Made by a program: the position numbers and the translations under genes. The notes under the pieces were generated by a model. That model did not search any database. It saw only the letters and a list, made by a program, of their open reading frames with translations, and was not told the DNA's origin. Shown in pieces: positions 1-11,463 of a stretch of 64,000 bases of DNA. The DNA is taken from positions 1,651,944 to 1,715,943 of the forward strand of contig JAWQFM010000003.1 of NCBI GenBank assembly GCA_033442325.1. Direction: 5' to 3'. Position 1 is the first letter of the stretch. Every line of letters starts with the position of its first letter. The stretch is from Salpingoeca rosetta (taxonomy: Eukaryota > Protista > Choanoflagellata).

Positions 1-132
1 GCGTGAGAAAGTGTCTGTGAAGATCCGATGTTGTGTGCGTTTGAGCTGCTTCCTTGTGGTGTCACACTTGTGTGTTGTTTTGTCCTCACGGTTTCACTTG
101 TGTTTATTCGGTGACGCCTGCTGTGCTTTCAG

Positions 133-582
133 TCGCACATTGTCGGCAATCTTGTTTGGGGTCACAGCAGGTATTCTGGCATTAACAGCATGGCAAGGGT
201 TTGCCTTTTATCTCGTCTCGTCCGCATTTCTTTCCGTGAGTATTTGGGTGTGCATGTGTGGGCATGTGATTGTGTGTGGAGTTGTGTGGATGTGTTCTTG
301 TGTGTTTTGTTTGTACGGTGTTGCCATCGCATGTGTGAGTGCATTCCTGTACTTTTGCTCCATGCGCCATGCGCACATGCGCTGGGCTGGTTTTGTTCGC
401 GACTCACGTGGAACGCACCAACTGGCCCGTGTCGACAGGTGTACTTGAATGTGCTGTTTGGGTCCAAGGCGGGGGATTGGTTTGAGTCTCCGAAAGCGCT
501 GTGGTTTAGCGGAGTGCCAGGGAACGCATTTACCTTTGTGCTCTTCTGGACACTCGCCTATGGCCTCGTCCACGTGTATTGA
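133..582 (+). CDS. EMC6: ER membrane protein complex subunit 6 (3' part; last two exons 133-235 and 439-582; 5' exons outside the window)
   Basis: Spliced product RTLSAILFGVTAGILALTAWQGFAFYLVSSAFLS|VYLNVLFG...NAFTFVLFWTLAYGLVHVY*. The C-terminus matches the EMC6/TMEM93 signature FTYVLFWTFLYGMVHVY. Phase-0 GT-AG intron at 236-438. Confidence 0.93.
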   Translation, partial: SHIVGNLVWGHSRYSGINSMARVCLLSRLVRISFREYLGVHVWACDCVWSCVDVFLCVLFVRCCHRMCECIPVLLLHAPCAHALGWFCSRLTWNAPTGPCRQVYLNVLFGSKAGDWFESPKALWFSGVPGNAFTFVLFWTLAYGLVHVY

Positions 583-588
583 GAGGAA

Positions 589-632
589 AGAAGAAGAAGA
601 AGAACAACAACAACAACAACAACAACACCACC

Positions 633-718
<86 letters not shown>

Positions 719-719
719 C
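589..719. repeat. Compound trinucleotide microsatellite (GAA)n-(CAA)n-(CAC)n-(CAA)n just after the EMC6 stop
   Basis: Seen directly. It produces the polyQ/N/T/C/L/V ORFs in the track. Confidence 0.95.
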
Positions 720-1260
720 CTGCGCCGATTGCCCCATCTTCCTCGTCTTGTTTGTTACGTGCACAAGACGCAAGTTTGTCCTCTTCGAGTATCGCCACTC
801 TTCCTCCTTTGTCCTGCGCCGTGCCGGATTCACACACACACACACACACTGTGTCTGGTGTGGTGTTTGGTTTGTACAGATGATAAAGTGACCGCGCTTA
901 TTGTTTGCACACTTCCACTGCTTCTCTGACTGTTTAGTTCGTACATGAGCGAGTTGTGATAATGGTTCACATCAGCTCTCTATAAACACGACCACTGGCT
1001 AAGCCAGAGGAAGAGGAATAGGAAGCACCAGAGGGGGGGGGACGCAAACAAGCAAGTGCAGAAGAGACAGTTTACGTTATGAACAAGTGTATGCAACCTA
1101 AAGCCGTCAACACACGTCAAGAGCCTGAAGATATGGTGTCTGTGTGAGTCAAGTGTCCAATACCGAATAGGAAGGGAAGGCGAGCTGTGGGTGCTGGGCT
1201 GGCGAAAGGGGGGAGGGAAGGGAAATGGTGAATGTGTACACCAAACACGCGTGAATAGCC

Positions 1261-1395
1261 TCACGCGCTGCTTTCCACGACGTTGAAGAAGTGGAACACT
1301 TCGTCCTTGTCAAGCATGGCCACCTGAAGCACGACGCATTGTCAGGTGAGAAGCAGCAGATATGTGTGTATATGTATGTGTGGGTATGTGTGTAT

Positions 1396-1474
<79 letters not shown>

Positions 1475-2799
1475 TGTGTGTATGTGTATGTGTGTGTGAG
1501 GCATGATAGTGTGGGGGATTGGTCTGTGCGGTGGTGCATCTCCATCGCTCCCCCCCCCCCCAAACAACCGCACGCAGTCAGTCACATGTACAAGTACCAC
1601 GGTGTTGCAGGTAGCGCAGTGTGTTGGATGGAAGAGGTCCTCGGTTGTCGGCTCCTTGCCCCGCGCGCTGTGCTGCTTGCGCTTCTTCTTGGCCTCCATT
1701 TTTTCCCGAAACACAACCTCCTGCACGCAGCAAACATGTTGGTGTGAGGAGGTGAAGCAGGGAGTGGAGAAAGGGAGGCGAGACAAGAGTGAAGGAGGAA
1801 GTGGAGAAAGGGAGGCAAGAAGGGAGAAGATAAGAGAGGCGAGAAGGGACAAGGGGAGAAACAGACAAGGGACAAGGGGTGGCAAGGAGCAGCTCGTAAA
1901 GCCAACATGCACACACTTGCACACACACACACTTGCGCACACACACACACACACACACAAGTGCACACACACACACACACACACTTGCGCGCACAAGCAC
2001 ATACAAGCAGACCAACCTGAGAATAGTCAACACGGCAGTTCATGACAAACATGGCCCGAAACTGGGTCGGGTAGAGCTCGTGGCGTTGGCAGTCAAGACA
2101 CAAGGGAGTCAGGCACGCGGGGCAGTTGAGAACAGCATCGCTCTCAGGGGCAGCAGTCAGGCCACCTTGTACATTCTTCGCATGCGCAACCTGGCCCTGC
2201 GTGGTCCTGGCGCGCATCTCCTTCACCCACAACTCGTTCTCATCGTCGATGTTGGGATCATAGAACAGCTCGTCATCCGTTGGCTGTGCTGCACGCAGCG
2301 CCGCCTCATCGTACCCGCGCTCGTCCTCGTCATCGCTGTCTGACAAGGCTGCACCCTGCCGTGCCTGTGCCCTCCCTGCCACGCCTGAAGGCTGGCGGCC
2401 ATCCCGCGCTGTTGCTGCTTCTCCTGCACCCTGCCCTCTCGCTCCTTGTTGCTGCCTTTGTTGCCTTTGCTGCTGTTGCTGCCGCTGTCGTTGCTGTTGC
2501 TGTTGCGCGGACGACCGCAGCTGCTGATACTCCATGTCACCCAAAGGCGCAGACAGCACGCCATCCTTGCCTCCAAATGCGGCACGCCGACCGCCGCCTC
2601 CTTCCCTCGCTACACTGCCATCAGTCTGCGTCGCGCGGCTTCCTATGCTGCGATCCTCGCCACCCCCGCGACCATCATCACCATCACCATCATGGTCGTC
2701 GTCGTCCGCGTCCCAGTCCAAGCCTGCCTCCTGCACATAGTCGCCCAGCCCAAGCTCCGCGCCACCATACACGTCCTCGTTGTCGCTGTCAAAATCCAT
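1261..2799 (-). CDS. EAPP: E2F-associated phosphoprotein (EAPP family); exons 2799-2017, 1720-1598, 1323-1261
   Basis: Motifs DDELFYDPNIDDENELWV, SDAVLNCPACLTPLCLDCQRHELYPTQFRAMFVMNC, and the spliced C-terminus FHPTHCATCNTVVAMLDKDEVFHFFNVVES*. All match EAPP_C. Both introns are GT-AG, phase 0. Confidence 0.93.
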
Positions 2800-3260
2800 C
2801 TTTCCGCCTGTCGCCTGTCGTCGAAAATGATGATGAAGCAAGAAGCAAGCAACAAGCAAGCAAGGAAGCAAGCAACAAGAAGGCAGAAGCAACGAAGCAA
2901 AACACTGCTGCCTGCACGCAATCAAAACACGCAGTTGTTGAGTTGTTGAGGCTGCACAGCGCGCCCACCCCACGCAAGAAAACACGGCTTCGGGCATCGC
3001 AACGGAGAAGGCGCTTGGGTTGACTGCGCCTGTACGCCTGTGGGAGATGCGTGTGGCCGCCATTCTTCTTTCATGATGACATTCCGTTGCTGCTGAAGTA
3101 AGAAGACCCACAACCAGGCACCACAAACCACACTGCTCGCAGTTCTGTTGTTGGCCGGCCAGCCAGGTTGCTTCATTTCTTCCCTCGACATCCCTCTTCC
3201 GAGTGCCATCGATTCGACCCTTCTACCCCCGAGTGACCCTCCGCGCCTCTTCCTCTCAAC

Positions 3261-3374
3261 ATGAGTGTGCGAAAACCAGATGCGTGCTCCATGGCCAAGC
3301 CGCGACCAGAGCTGGAACACCTCGATCTCGCGCACGTTGCCGTGCTCATCGATGACTGCAGCTTCACCGTACGT

Positions 3375-3454
<80 letters not shown>

Positions 3455-5941
3455 TGTGTGTGTGTGGTGTGTGAGTGAATGCTGTTGAACGGGAAGTGAT
3501 GTCTGCAGTGCGCAAGCATGCTTGCCCCTCCCCTTGCAGCACCTGATCACACTGTTACTCACCACCACCTCCATCAACTAAATCCACACTGCACCAGGTT
3601 GCGTATGGTCGCGTGCTCATCTTCAATCGGGGCTCACGCGAATGGGTGCCCGTGTTCTTCTCCATCTCGGTCAGTTCCGTCACATCACCACCACCTCCAT
3701 CACAATGCAACTGTGCTCCACGCATGCGTGGCCTCGTTGCGAGTTTGCCTGCGTGCACGCATGCAAACGCCACGTCAAAACCAGCTGTGCGAGCTGACCG
3801 AAGCCTCCCTCCCTGTGCTCTGTAGGTGGATGGCAGTGGATGTTACTTCAACGTCTTTCAGCAAGCGCCAAGTGGAAGCCCACACGTCTGGCTCAACACA
3901 GAACCTTCCGTACGTGCTTGCGCCACCCCCAAGGGTGCATGAGGATTCCCACGTGGCCCCTCCCCCCCTAGTGCTTTGTTTCGCTTCTCAGCGTGTCTGC
4001 CCCACCCCCTCACATCTTGTTCTTGTCCCCCCGGCCCACATCCACTCTGCGCGCTGCCTTGCACTCCACTTGCGCTCCTCACCACCCACAAACCTTCTTC
4101 CATCTCTTCGGGTTTGGTTTGCCTCCTGCTCCGCGACTTCATCAGAGGAGGTTCAAATTTGTTGATGTCATCGGGGGCACCAGTCCAGACTGCCCGGCCA
4201 TGCCCGCAACGGCGTGCCGCTGCTCTTCTTGCTGCGTCCCAAAGTTTCCGGCATCTTGGATGGTTGGCAAGACCGAACAATCCGACTTGGTATGCGCGCC
4301 AACGAGGCCCTGGCATTGCCCACCTGCACAAGCATGCTTGCCTGTCTGTCCTCGGTTTGCTCTTCCTTGCTCGTAGGGCCAATTCAGACAGTTGAATCAC
4401 CGTTGTGGAAGTAGCGACCACTATGTGCCGCGGACCCACATGCATGCAAGCCGTGCAAACGCAATGCAGCCAAGCCAACACATGCCGTGTTCTGGCTGCT
4501 GCTCACGCTGTTCACCTGCCTTCTCAACACCGACAGGACATGCGCCGCTGCTGCCTCATCGAGGACGGGTCCGATGGCGTGCGCCACATTGTGTGTCGGA
4601 CACAGGAGGAAGCCCTCATGATCACACTGGTCGGGGAGAAGGTGCACACGCTTCGGCACCCCGACGTCCATCAGGGCAGCCAGCTCGTGGTGCGTAGCAT
4701 GTGCACGCGTGCAGACATGGCATTCATGCGAATACTTGTCAACATGCCCCACCCATGAATCTTGGTCCTCCTCCTGTACATGCTGCTGTGACTGCGCCTC
4801 CAATGTGCATCATCACATCACATCACGGGCTTCCGCGCCCCTCATTTCGTTTGCGCGTGGCCGTCTCTTGACTCACAAGCCCATACCACACACACACACA
4901 CACATACGCACACACAACACGCACACACACACACATACGCACGCACACACATTCACACATTCACACAACACACACACACACGCACACACACAACACATAT
5001 ACACTCACTCATTCTGATGCACTGACTGCGACAGTCGAGCATGCTGGACGTTGTGCACCATTTGACAGACAAGGTGATTCCCGCCAAGACTGGTTTCTCG
5101 TACCACGCACTGGACGACACGGAGCTCAACTTCGTGGAGCCCACAGGCATGATGTACAACGATCACCGCGTGTACGCTGTGCGCGGCCGGTGGGCGACGT
5201 ACTTCTACTTTGACAACGCCAGCCAGTGGGTCATGGGCACTGGCAGCGAGCTCTCTGCGTGCTGCAGTGCTCTGTGCCAAGGTACGCTTTGCGGCGCCAT
5301 GTGCAACCCGTTTTGCCAGCCGTGCACGCGTCCTTGCTGCAAGTCAACCTGCCAGTCGTGCTGCGCGCCGGTGTTTGAGCCCCACAAAATGTTCAGGCCC
5401 GACATGATCATCGACCAGGACTGCGACCACCCAACAGCCTTCAGCACCGTGGCCTGGGATCCAAACGTCATTCAGGAGGAGGACCCGCCCAACTTGCACG
5501 CGCTCGTGACGGAACAGCCATGCACCATCTCCATCACCGCCACGACACGCAGCTTCCAAGCACACCCTGAAGAGCACATTCCAAACCAGCTTCATCTCGT
5601 GCCCACAACCCTCCTCACCGACCCGGAGTCCACCTGCTGTGGTGGCAACTGCAACGACTGCAGCAAATGCATGAGGAGTGTGGGTGCTGGCCTTGCCACT
5701 TGCCTGGGCGGTTTGCTGTTTGCGCCCTGCATCATTGCCGGCGGCTTGCTCAAGGCGTGCTGCACCTCATCGCCCTCCAAAGCTGCGCCACCACCTCCGC
5801 TTCGCCCCAAGCCCGCACCCGCGATTGGCCCAGGCTACTACGACTTTGTACTCCACGGTGCGTGCGTGCGTGTGTGTGCGTGTGTGTGCGTGTGTGTGCG
5901 TGTGCGTGCGTGTGCGTGTGTGTGTGCGTGTGTGTGTGTGT

Positions 5942-6010
<69 letters not shown>

Positions 6011-9000
6011 CGACGCTGCCGGCATAATGCGTTGATATCTTTGTCGTCTTTGGTTCTGTGTGCGTTGACTCTTGGCCCACCCGTCTTCTCTGCCCACGTT
6101 GCTCGCATGCTCGCTCACTCACTCACATGCTCACTAACCCCCCTCTCACTCACACGCACACGCACACACTCTCTGTATCCACTCGTTTTGTTCTTGTGTT
6201 GCAGACAATGTGACCGTGAAGCTGACGGAGATTCTGTTGCGCACTGCCCACTTCAGTCAAGACCCTGTTGTTGCCTCCTTCCTCTGCGCCACGCCATCAC
6301 CCGAGCAGCCATCGCCGCTCCTCTCCCTCGTGCGCAAGCTCTCCTGGCGCCTTCCCCCGCTTGTTGAGCCGTTTGTTGCCGAGATCTGCGCCGTTGTTCG
6401 GTCTGTTGCCGCGCACATCAGCATTGCAGATGACCTGCAGCGCCGGCGCACGATGCAGACATCGCCGCTGGAGAAGCACGAGCTCGTTAGGGAGACACTG
6501 GAGAGGCACCGCGGCCACACGGACGCAGAGGTGGTAGAGGCTGTGCTGATGATCCGTGAACACATGCAGGAGGACGTTTTGCCTGCGCTCATCGACCTGC
6601 TGCACGGCGTTGTTGTTCGTGGGGACAAGTGGACCACAGACTCCGTCAACTTCATCAACATCTGCCCGGACCAGGTGCAGGGGGAGTTCCCAGCGCACCT
6701 GGCGCGCGGGTACTTCAACCGCAAGGACAAGCAAGTCAACGGCCGCGCCGTCTTCTACAACCGCATAGTCAAGCGCACACTGTACTGGAGTGCTGCTCGC
6801 TCGCGCTGGGAAGTGGCCAGTACGGTTGCCGAGGACACGGATAAGTTTGTGGAGGCGTACGCCAAAGAGGACTGCATGTCCCCGGACGTGGCCACCACGT
6901 GGTATTTCTACCGCCGTAGAAACGCTTACACGCGAGGGTTCGAGCCCATGCAACGCGTCTGCATGGAGCAGGCCCCATCTGGTGCGTTTGTGCGCGTTCG
7001 TGTGTGTGTGTGTGTGCATGTGTGTGCGTGTGCGTGTGCGTGCGTGTGCGTGCATATGCGTGTGTTGTGCTAGGTCTGTGTTCTGCATTTTGCGACTTCA
7101 GTCCCGCCACAAATTTCTCACTTCATCCTGTGTTTTGTCCATTTGTTTGGCAAACATTCAACACCACATGGACTTTCTCTTGAAACACATGGACGGTCTC
7201 TTGAAACACGTGGACGCCCCTTTTGTTGTACTTGACAGGGCTGCGGTTCCAATATCTGGATGCGCTTGTGCGGACAATTGCGGAGCTGATCAAGGCGGCG
7301 GGTCTGCGCATGGCAACTGCAAGCCCCATGATGCAGCAGATGCGAGATGTTCTGGACCACGCCATCGCCCGCGTCAGCATCGGTCACCCCGTCAACTTTG
7401 ACAGCCCGTCCCTGCTCCACCTCTGCAGCCTCGTGTGCGACATTCCCGCCAACAATAATGATGGCTTCTTCGATCTCATCACAGAGTGCGCGCGTGTCAA
7501 CTACTTTCACGGCTTCGTGGCCGGGTTTGACCTCACAGCCACCATGTTCCTGTCCACGCTCAATGCGGCGGATGGCGTCACGCCGCAAGCACCACCACCA
7601 GCACCAGCACCGCCACAGCAAGCCGCCTCTGGAATATCTGCCGTCACTGAGGATACCAGCGCGGGATCTGAGCAGCACCAAGAGCAAGGCCCAAGCGCGG
7701 AGGCAACAGAGCAGTGGGCGTTTGTGCAATTCTTCGACCGCATCTTCAAGGGCCGCGACTTGCTGTTCAATGCGATTGTTCGGCTTCGAAGCGGCGAGCG
7801 CCTTTCTCGTGCCATTGGCAGCGCCCCTAAGCTAACAGACGAGCGTGGAGAGCTTGAAGTGCTGATGGATGGCCTTGCGCGCCTCGACCACTGCATCGGC
7901 AAGTGCGTCACCTACCGCATGTTTTCTCTCTTCCTGGATTCCTTTGGTAAGCTGGAGGACACGCTGCTGCAGGCCGCAGATGATGCCCGCACCGCAGCGC
8001 AGGCCGAGGCGCGCAGGGCCTTGGAGCAGCGTGCTGTCATGCATGGCGTGGGCCGCTTGTCTGCCCGGGAGGCTGCCGTGGACGCAACAGCCGCTGCTGC
8101 TGACGACTCATCTTCAGCCCTGCGCGTCATCTCGGCATCGACTGTGGGCATGGACATTGCCAATGCAAACCTCGAATCCCTCCTGCGCGTGCTTGCCGCA
8201 ACCAAGAGGAACGCAGCGTGGTCGCACACGCTCAGTGCCCGCGTTCCACAGCTGGCCAAGCCACTGGAGAGCGTGGTGGTGATGGCGCGGGGGCTGCCGT
8301 ACGCCCTGCCGCAATTCATCCTGCTGCTGGAAGAGGCGGTGACAGACAGCTGGACCACAGCCACGACACCAACCAGCCTGCATCGCAACCCTGTCTCTGG
8401 CCACCTCATTGAGCTGCTTGCCAACATGACCGAGCACGCGGTTGCTCGCGGTGGGCTGACTCACCGACATCACCAAAGCCACCACGACCGCCGCCGCCAC
8501 TACGACGCCAACGCCGACGCCACTACGAGTGTCGATGATGATGCTCGCCAGCACGCACTCGACATGCAACTTGTGACCTCCACCATCTTCCACGCCAACC
8601 CGGTGCCTGTGCTGGTGTCGCTCATGTGTGGGCGCCAGCTGCACAACAACGTGTTTCGCACGACGGCCGATCTTGGCACGCAGCTATCCTGGTTCACCAG
8701 CGCCCTGCGTGCCCTGGGCAACCTGGCCAAGTCGAAGAAGGAGCACCGCCTGCGCATCGTGCATGAAGGCCTTATCCCTGTCCTGCTCCGCTTCCTCATT
8801 GTCGGCAACCTCAAGCTGAGGCACAACGCCACGCGCTGCCTCAACGAGACACTCAAGTTCACGCCGGAGAGCGTGGACGAGTTCCTGCAGCAAAGTGGAC
8901 ATCTCACGGTACTGCGCCTGGCCCAGGAGGCCAGGAACGAAGACATTGCCAGCACAGACACGCAGCTTCTTGGGTCACTGCTGAGCGTGCTGGCTGCCAT

Positions 9001-11376
9001 TGCATCCGTGCCTGCCGGCGCCAACGCGCTGCTTGATGAGCCCGAGTTTGTGGCGCTGTTGCGGGAAGCAGTTGATGCGCAGACACGAGCGGTGGAGGGC
9101 ATGGCGGTGTTTGATGCGTCCCTAGTGAGCCTGCTCATGTGCGACCAGGTGAACCTGCTGTTTGTGGTGCTGCGGCAGCTGCAGGTTCCAACCAGCATGA
9201 ACACGGTGCGAGCAAACCTCGCCAACCTCGGTGACGCCCTCATGCAGAAAGGGTTCCGCAGTAACATGGAGCGCGTGGAACGGTGGCTGCACCACGACCA
9301 GGGCAGCGACAGCGGTGGTGGTGTTGGTGTGACGGGCATTAGCGCTGTGCCCGGCGATGGTGCTGCTGATGAAGAGGATGAGGAGGATGATAACCTCGTT
9401 GACGGCACACCGATGCAGCCGGAACACGAGAGCGACTGTGACACGCTGCTCACGGGGCACCTGACCACACGCCAAGGGCAGCAGCTGTCACGGCGTGAGA
9501 CTTACGCGTACCAGCTCGGCACACTCGCTGATGTGTGCACGGAGAAAGGTGCTGGTGCAGTCAGGAGCGCCACGGCACAAGGCCCATCCAGCGCACAGGA
9601 GCAAGCACCGCCACCAAAGGTGTTCTTGTCCTTCAGCTGGGCGCACCAGGTTACCCAGGAGCAGATCTGCGAAGCTCTTAAGCAAGCTGGCTTTGATGTC
9701 CTCCTCGACGCCAACTACAACCGCTCCCAGGTGTGTGTGTGTTGTGTGGATGTGTGTGTGATGTGTGTGTGTGTTGTGTGGATGCGTGTGTGTGTGTCTA
9801 TTTTGCATGTGAGTTGCGTGTGAACCAACATTTGGTGCGGGTTGGTTTGTATTTTCTTCAATGCGTCCAAGGATGGACTTGAAGTCTTACTTGCCACAAC
9901 ATGCGGGTCTTGCTCCGAGTCAACTCTGACTGATTCATGCTGTTGTATGGTTCTGTCTCATACACCCACACCCTGTGGTAGGCGCGGACGTTGAGCAGCG
10001 TTGCTACGGCCGTTGCAGATGCAGATGTGACGGTGGTTGATTACTCCCCGGATCACGACAAGTCCTACAGGTGCAACGCAGAGCTCATGTTCATCCACAA
10101 GTACCGCAAGCCCTTGTTCTTTGTGAAGACAGCTCGGGCATCGGTGAGTCGACCTTTGTGCCGGGCTTCTCGTGCTACCATATCTGCGAGTCTGACTGTA
10201 TGCATGTGTGTGTGTGCAGTCGTGTGAATGTGTGTGAATATGCTTGTGTAGTTGTGTGTTTGCGTGTGTGTGTGTGTGTTTGTGTGTGTGTGTTTGTGTT
10301 TGCATGTGCGTGTGACATTGAAACTCGATGTGATCAATGTGGTTCTCACACGCGTGCTCAACCCACTGCCTGATTCGCTTGCGTGCTGCGATGTACCCTC
10401 GCTTCCGCTCCTTGTCTGCCCTGTGTGCAATTGCAGCCACCAAAGGAGAGCCCGCTGGAGGTGCTGTATTCACAGCACATGCAGTTTGATATGACGCGGT
10501 CCGTACAGAGCGATGACGTGGCACTGCAGCTGTGCATGGCTCTCAAGGCCCACTTCTACAACCCAGCAACAACAGCCATAACAACTGGAATGTGCACGTC
10601 CGACCCCGTTCTGATCAAGTTCGTGTCGGATGCTGGTGTCGCAGCCAGCGAGGTGCTGCCTGTTTTGCAGCGCCGCGGCGTGTGGACCTTTGACCAGCTT
10701 CTGTCACTAACGCGGCACGATGTGGATTCGCTGCCATTGCCTGTGCCAGACAGGGCTGCGCTGCAGGCCAAGATGGATCTTTTTGAGTATGAGGTGCTGG
10801 TGACCTTTTTGCGGCGCGTTGGCGCTGCCTCACTGCATGCGCTGAGTGCCCTGCGCAGCCACGGCGTGCTGTCGTTTGCGATGCTGGCAGCGCTTGGGCG
10901 TGACGAGTTGATGCATATGGGCTTGCACATGGGTGACATTGTGCAAATTCTCAACAACAAGGGGAGCTTTGACGCGGACGCTGCACTGGCTCAAGTGAGG
11001 ACACACCGTGGTGGTGGTGGCGGGTCTTGGTCGCAGCCCAGCGGGCTTGAATCGCAGCCCAGCTGGGCGTTCCCACCGCTTTACCAGCAGCAGGCCCCAA
11101 CACAACAGCAGCAGCAGCAGCAGCAGCCGCAGCAGCAGCAGGGGGAGGCGTCGGGGAGTGGGCAGGGCGGCTTGTCAAGCCCGCTGTCGGATGATGTGCT
11201 TCGTGCGCTGCAACGGAAGGAGCAGGAACTTATGCAGGCGCAGCAGGAGATGCAACGACAACAGCAAGAGCAAATGCAGCAAATGCAGCAAATGCAAAGG
11301 CAGCAAGAAGGGCGTGAGCGGCAATTGCGACAACAACACCAGCAGGGGCAACAAGTGGAGCGTGAGACGCAACAGC

Positions 11377-11463
<87 letters not shown>

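Noticed and set aside
2800-3126. N-terminal extension of the 514-aa EAPP ORF
   Set aside because: It starts at a non-ATG codon and runs through an (AAGC)-rich UTR/promoter. MDFDSD at 2799 is the more plausible start.
2922-3542. Minus-strand ORF ETYGEAAVIDEHGNVREIEVF...
   Set aside because: It is the antisense shadow of exon 1 of the TIR gene, which has an ATG, a GT donor and an in-phase downstream exon.
7160-7216. Short local tandem duplications (also about 26953-26986, 27386-27437, 30405-30450, 50190-50241, 53015-53070, 55425-55505)
   Set aside because: Two to three copies of 12-30-bp units in introns or UTRs with no spacers or shared consensus, consistent with replication slippage.
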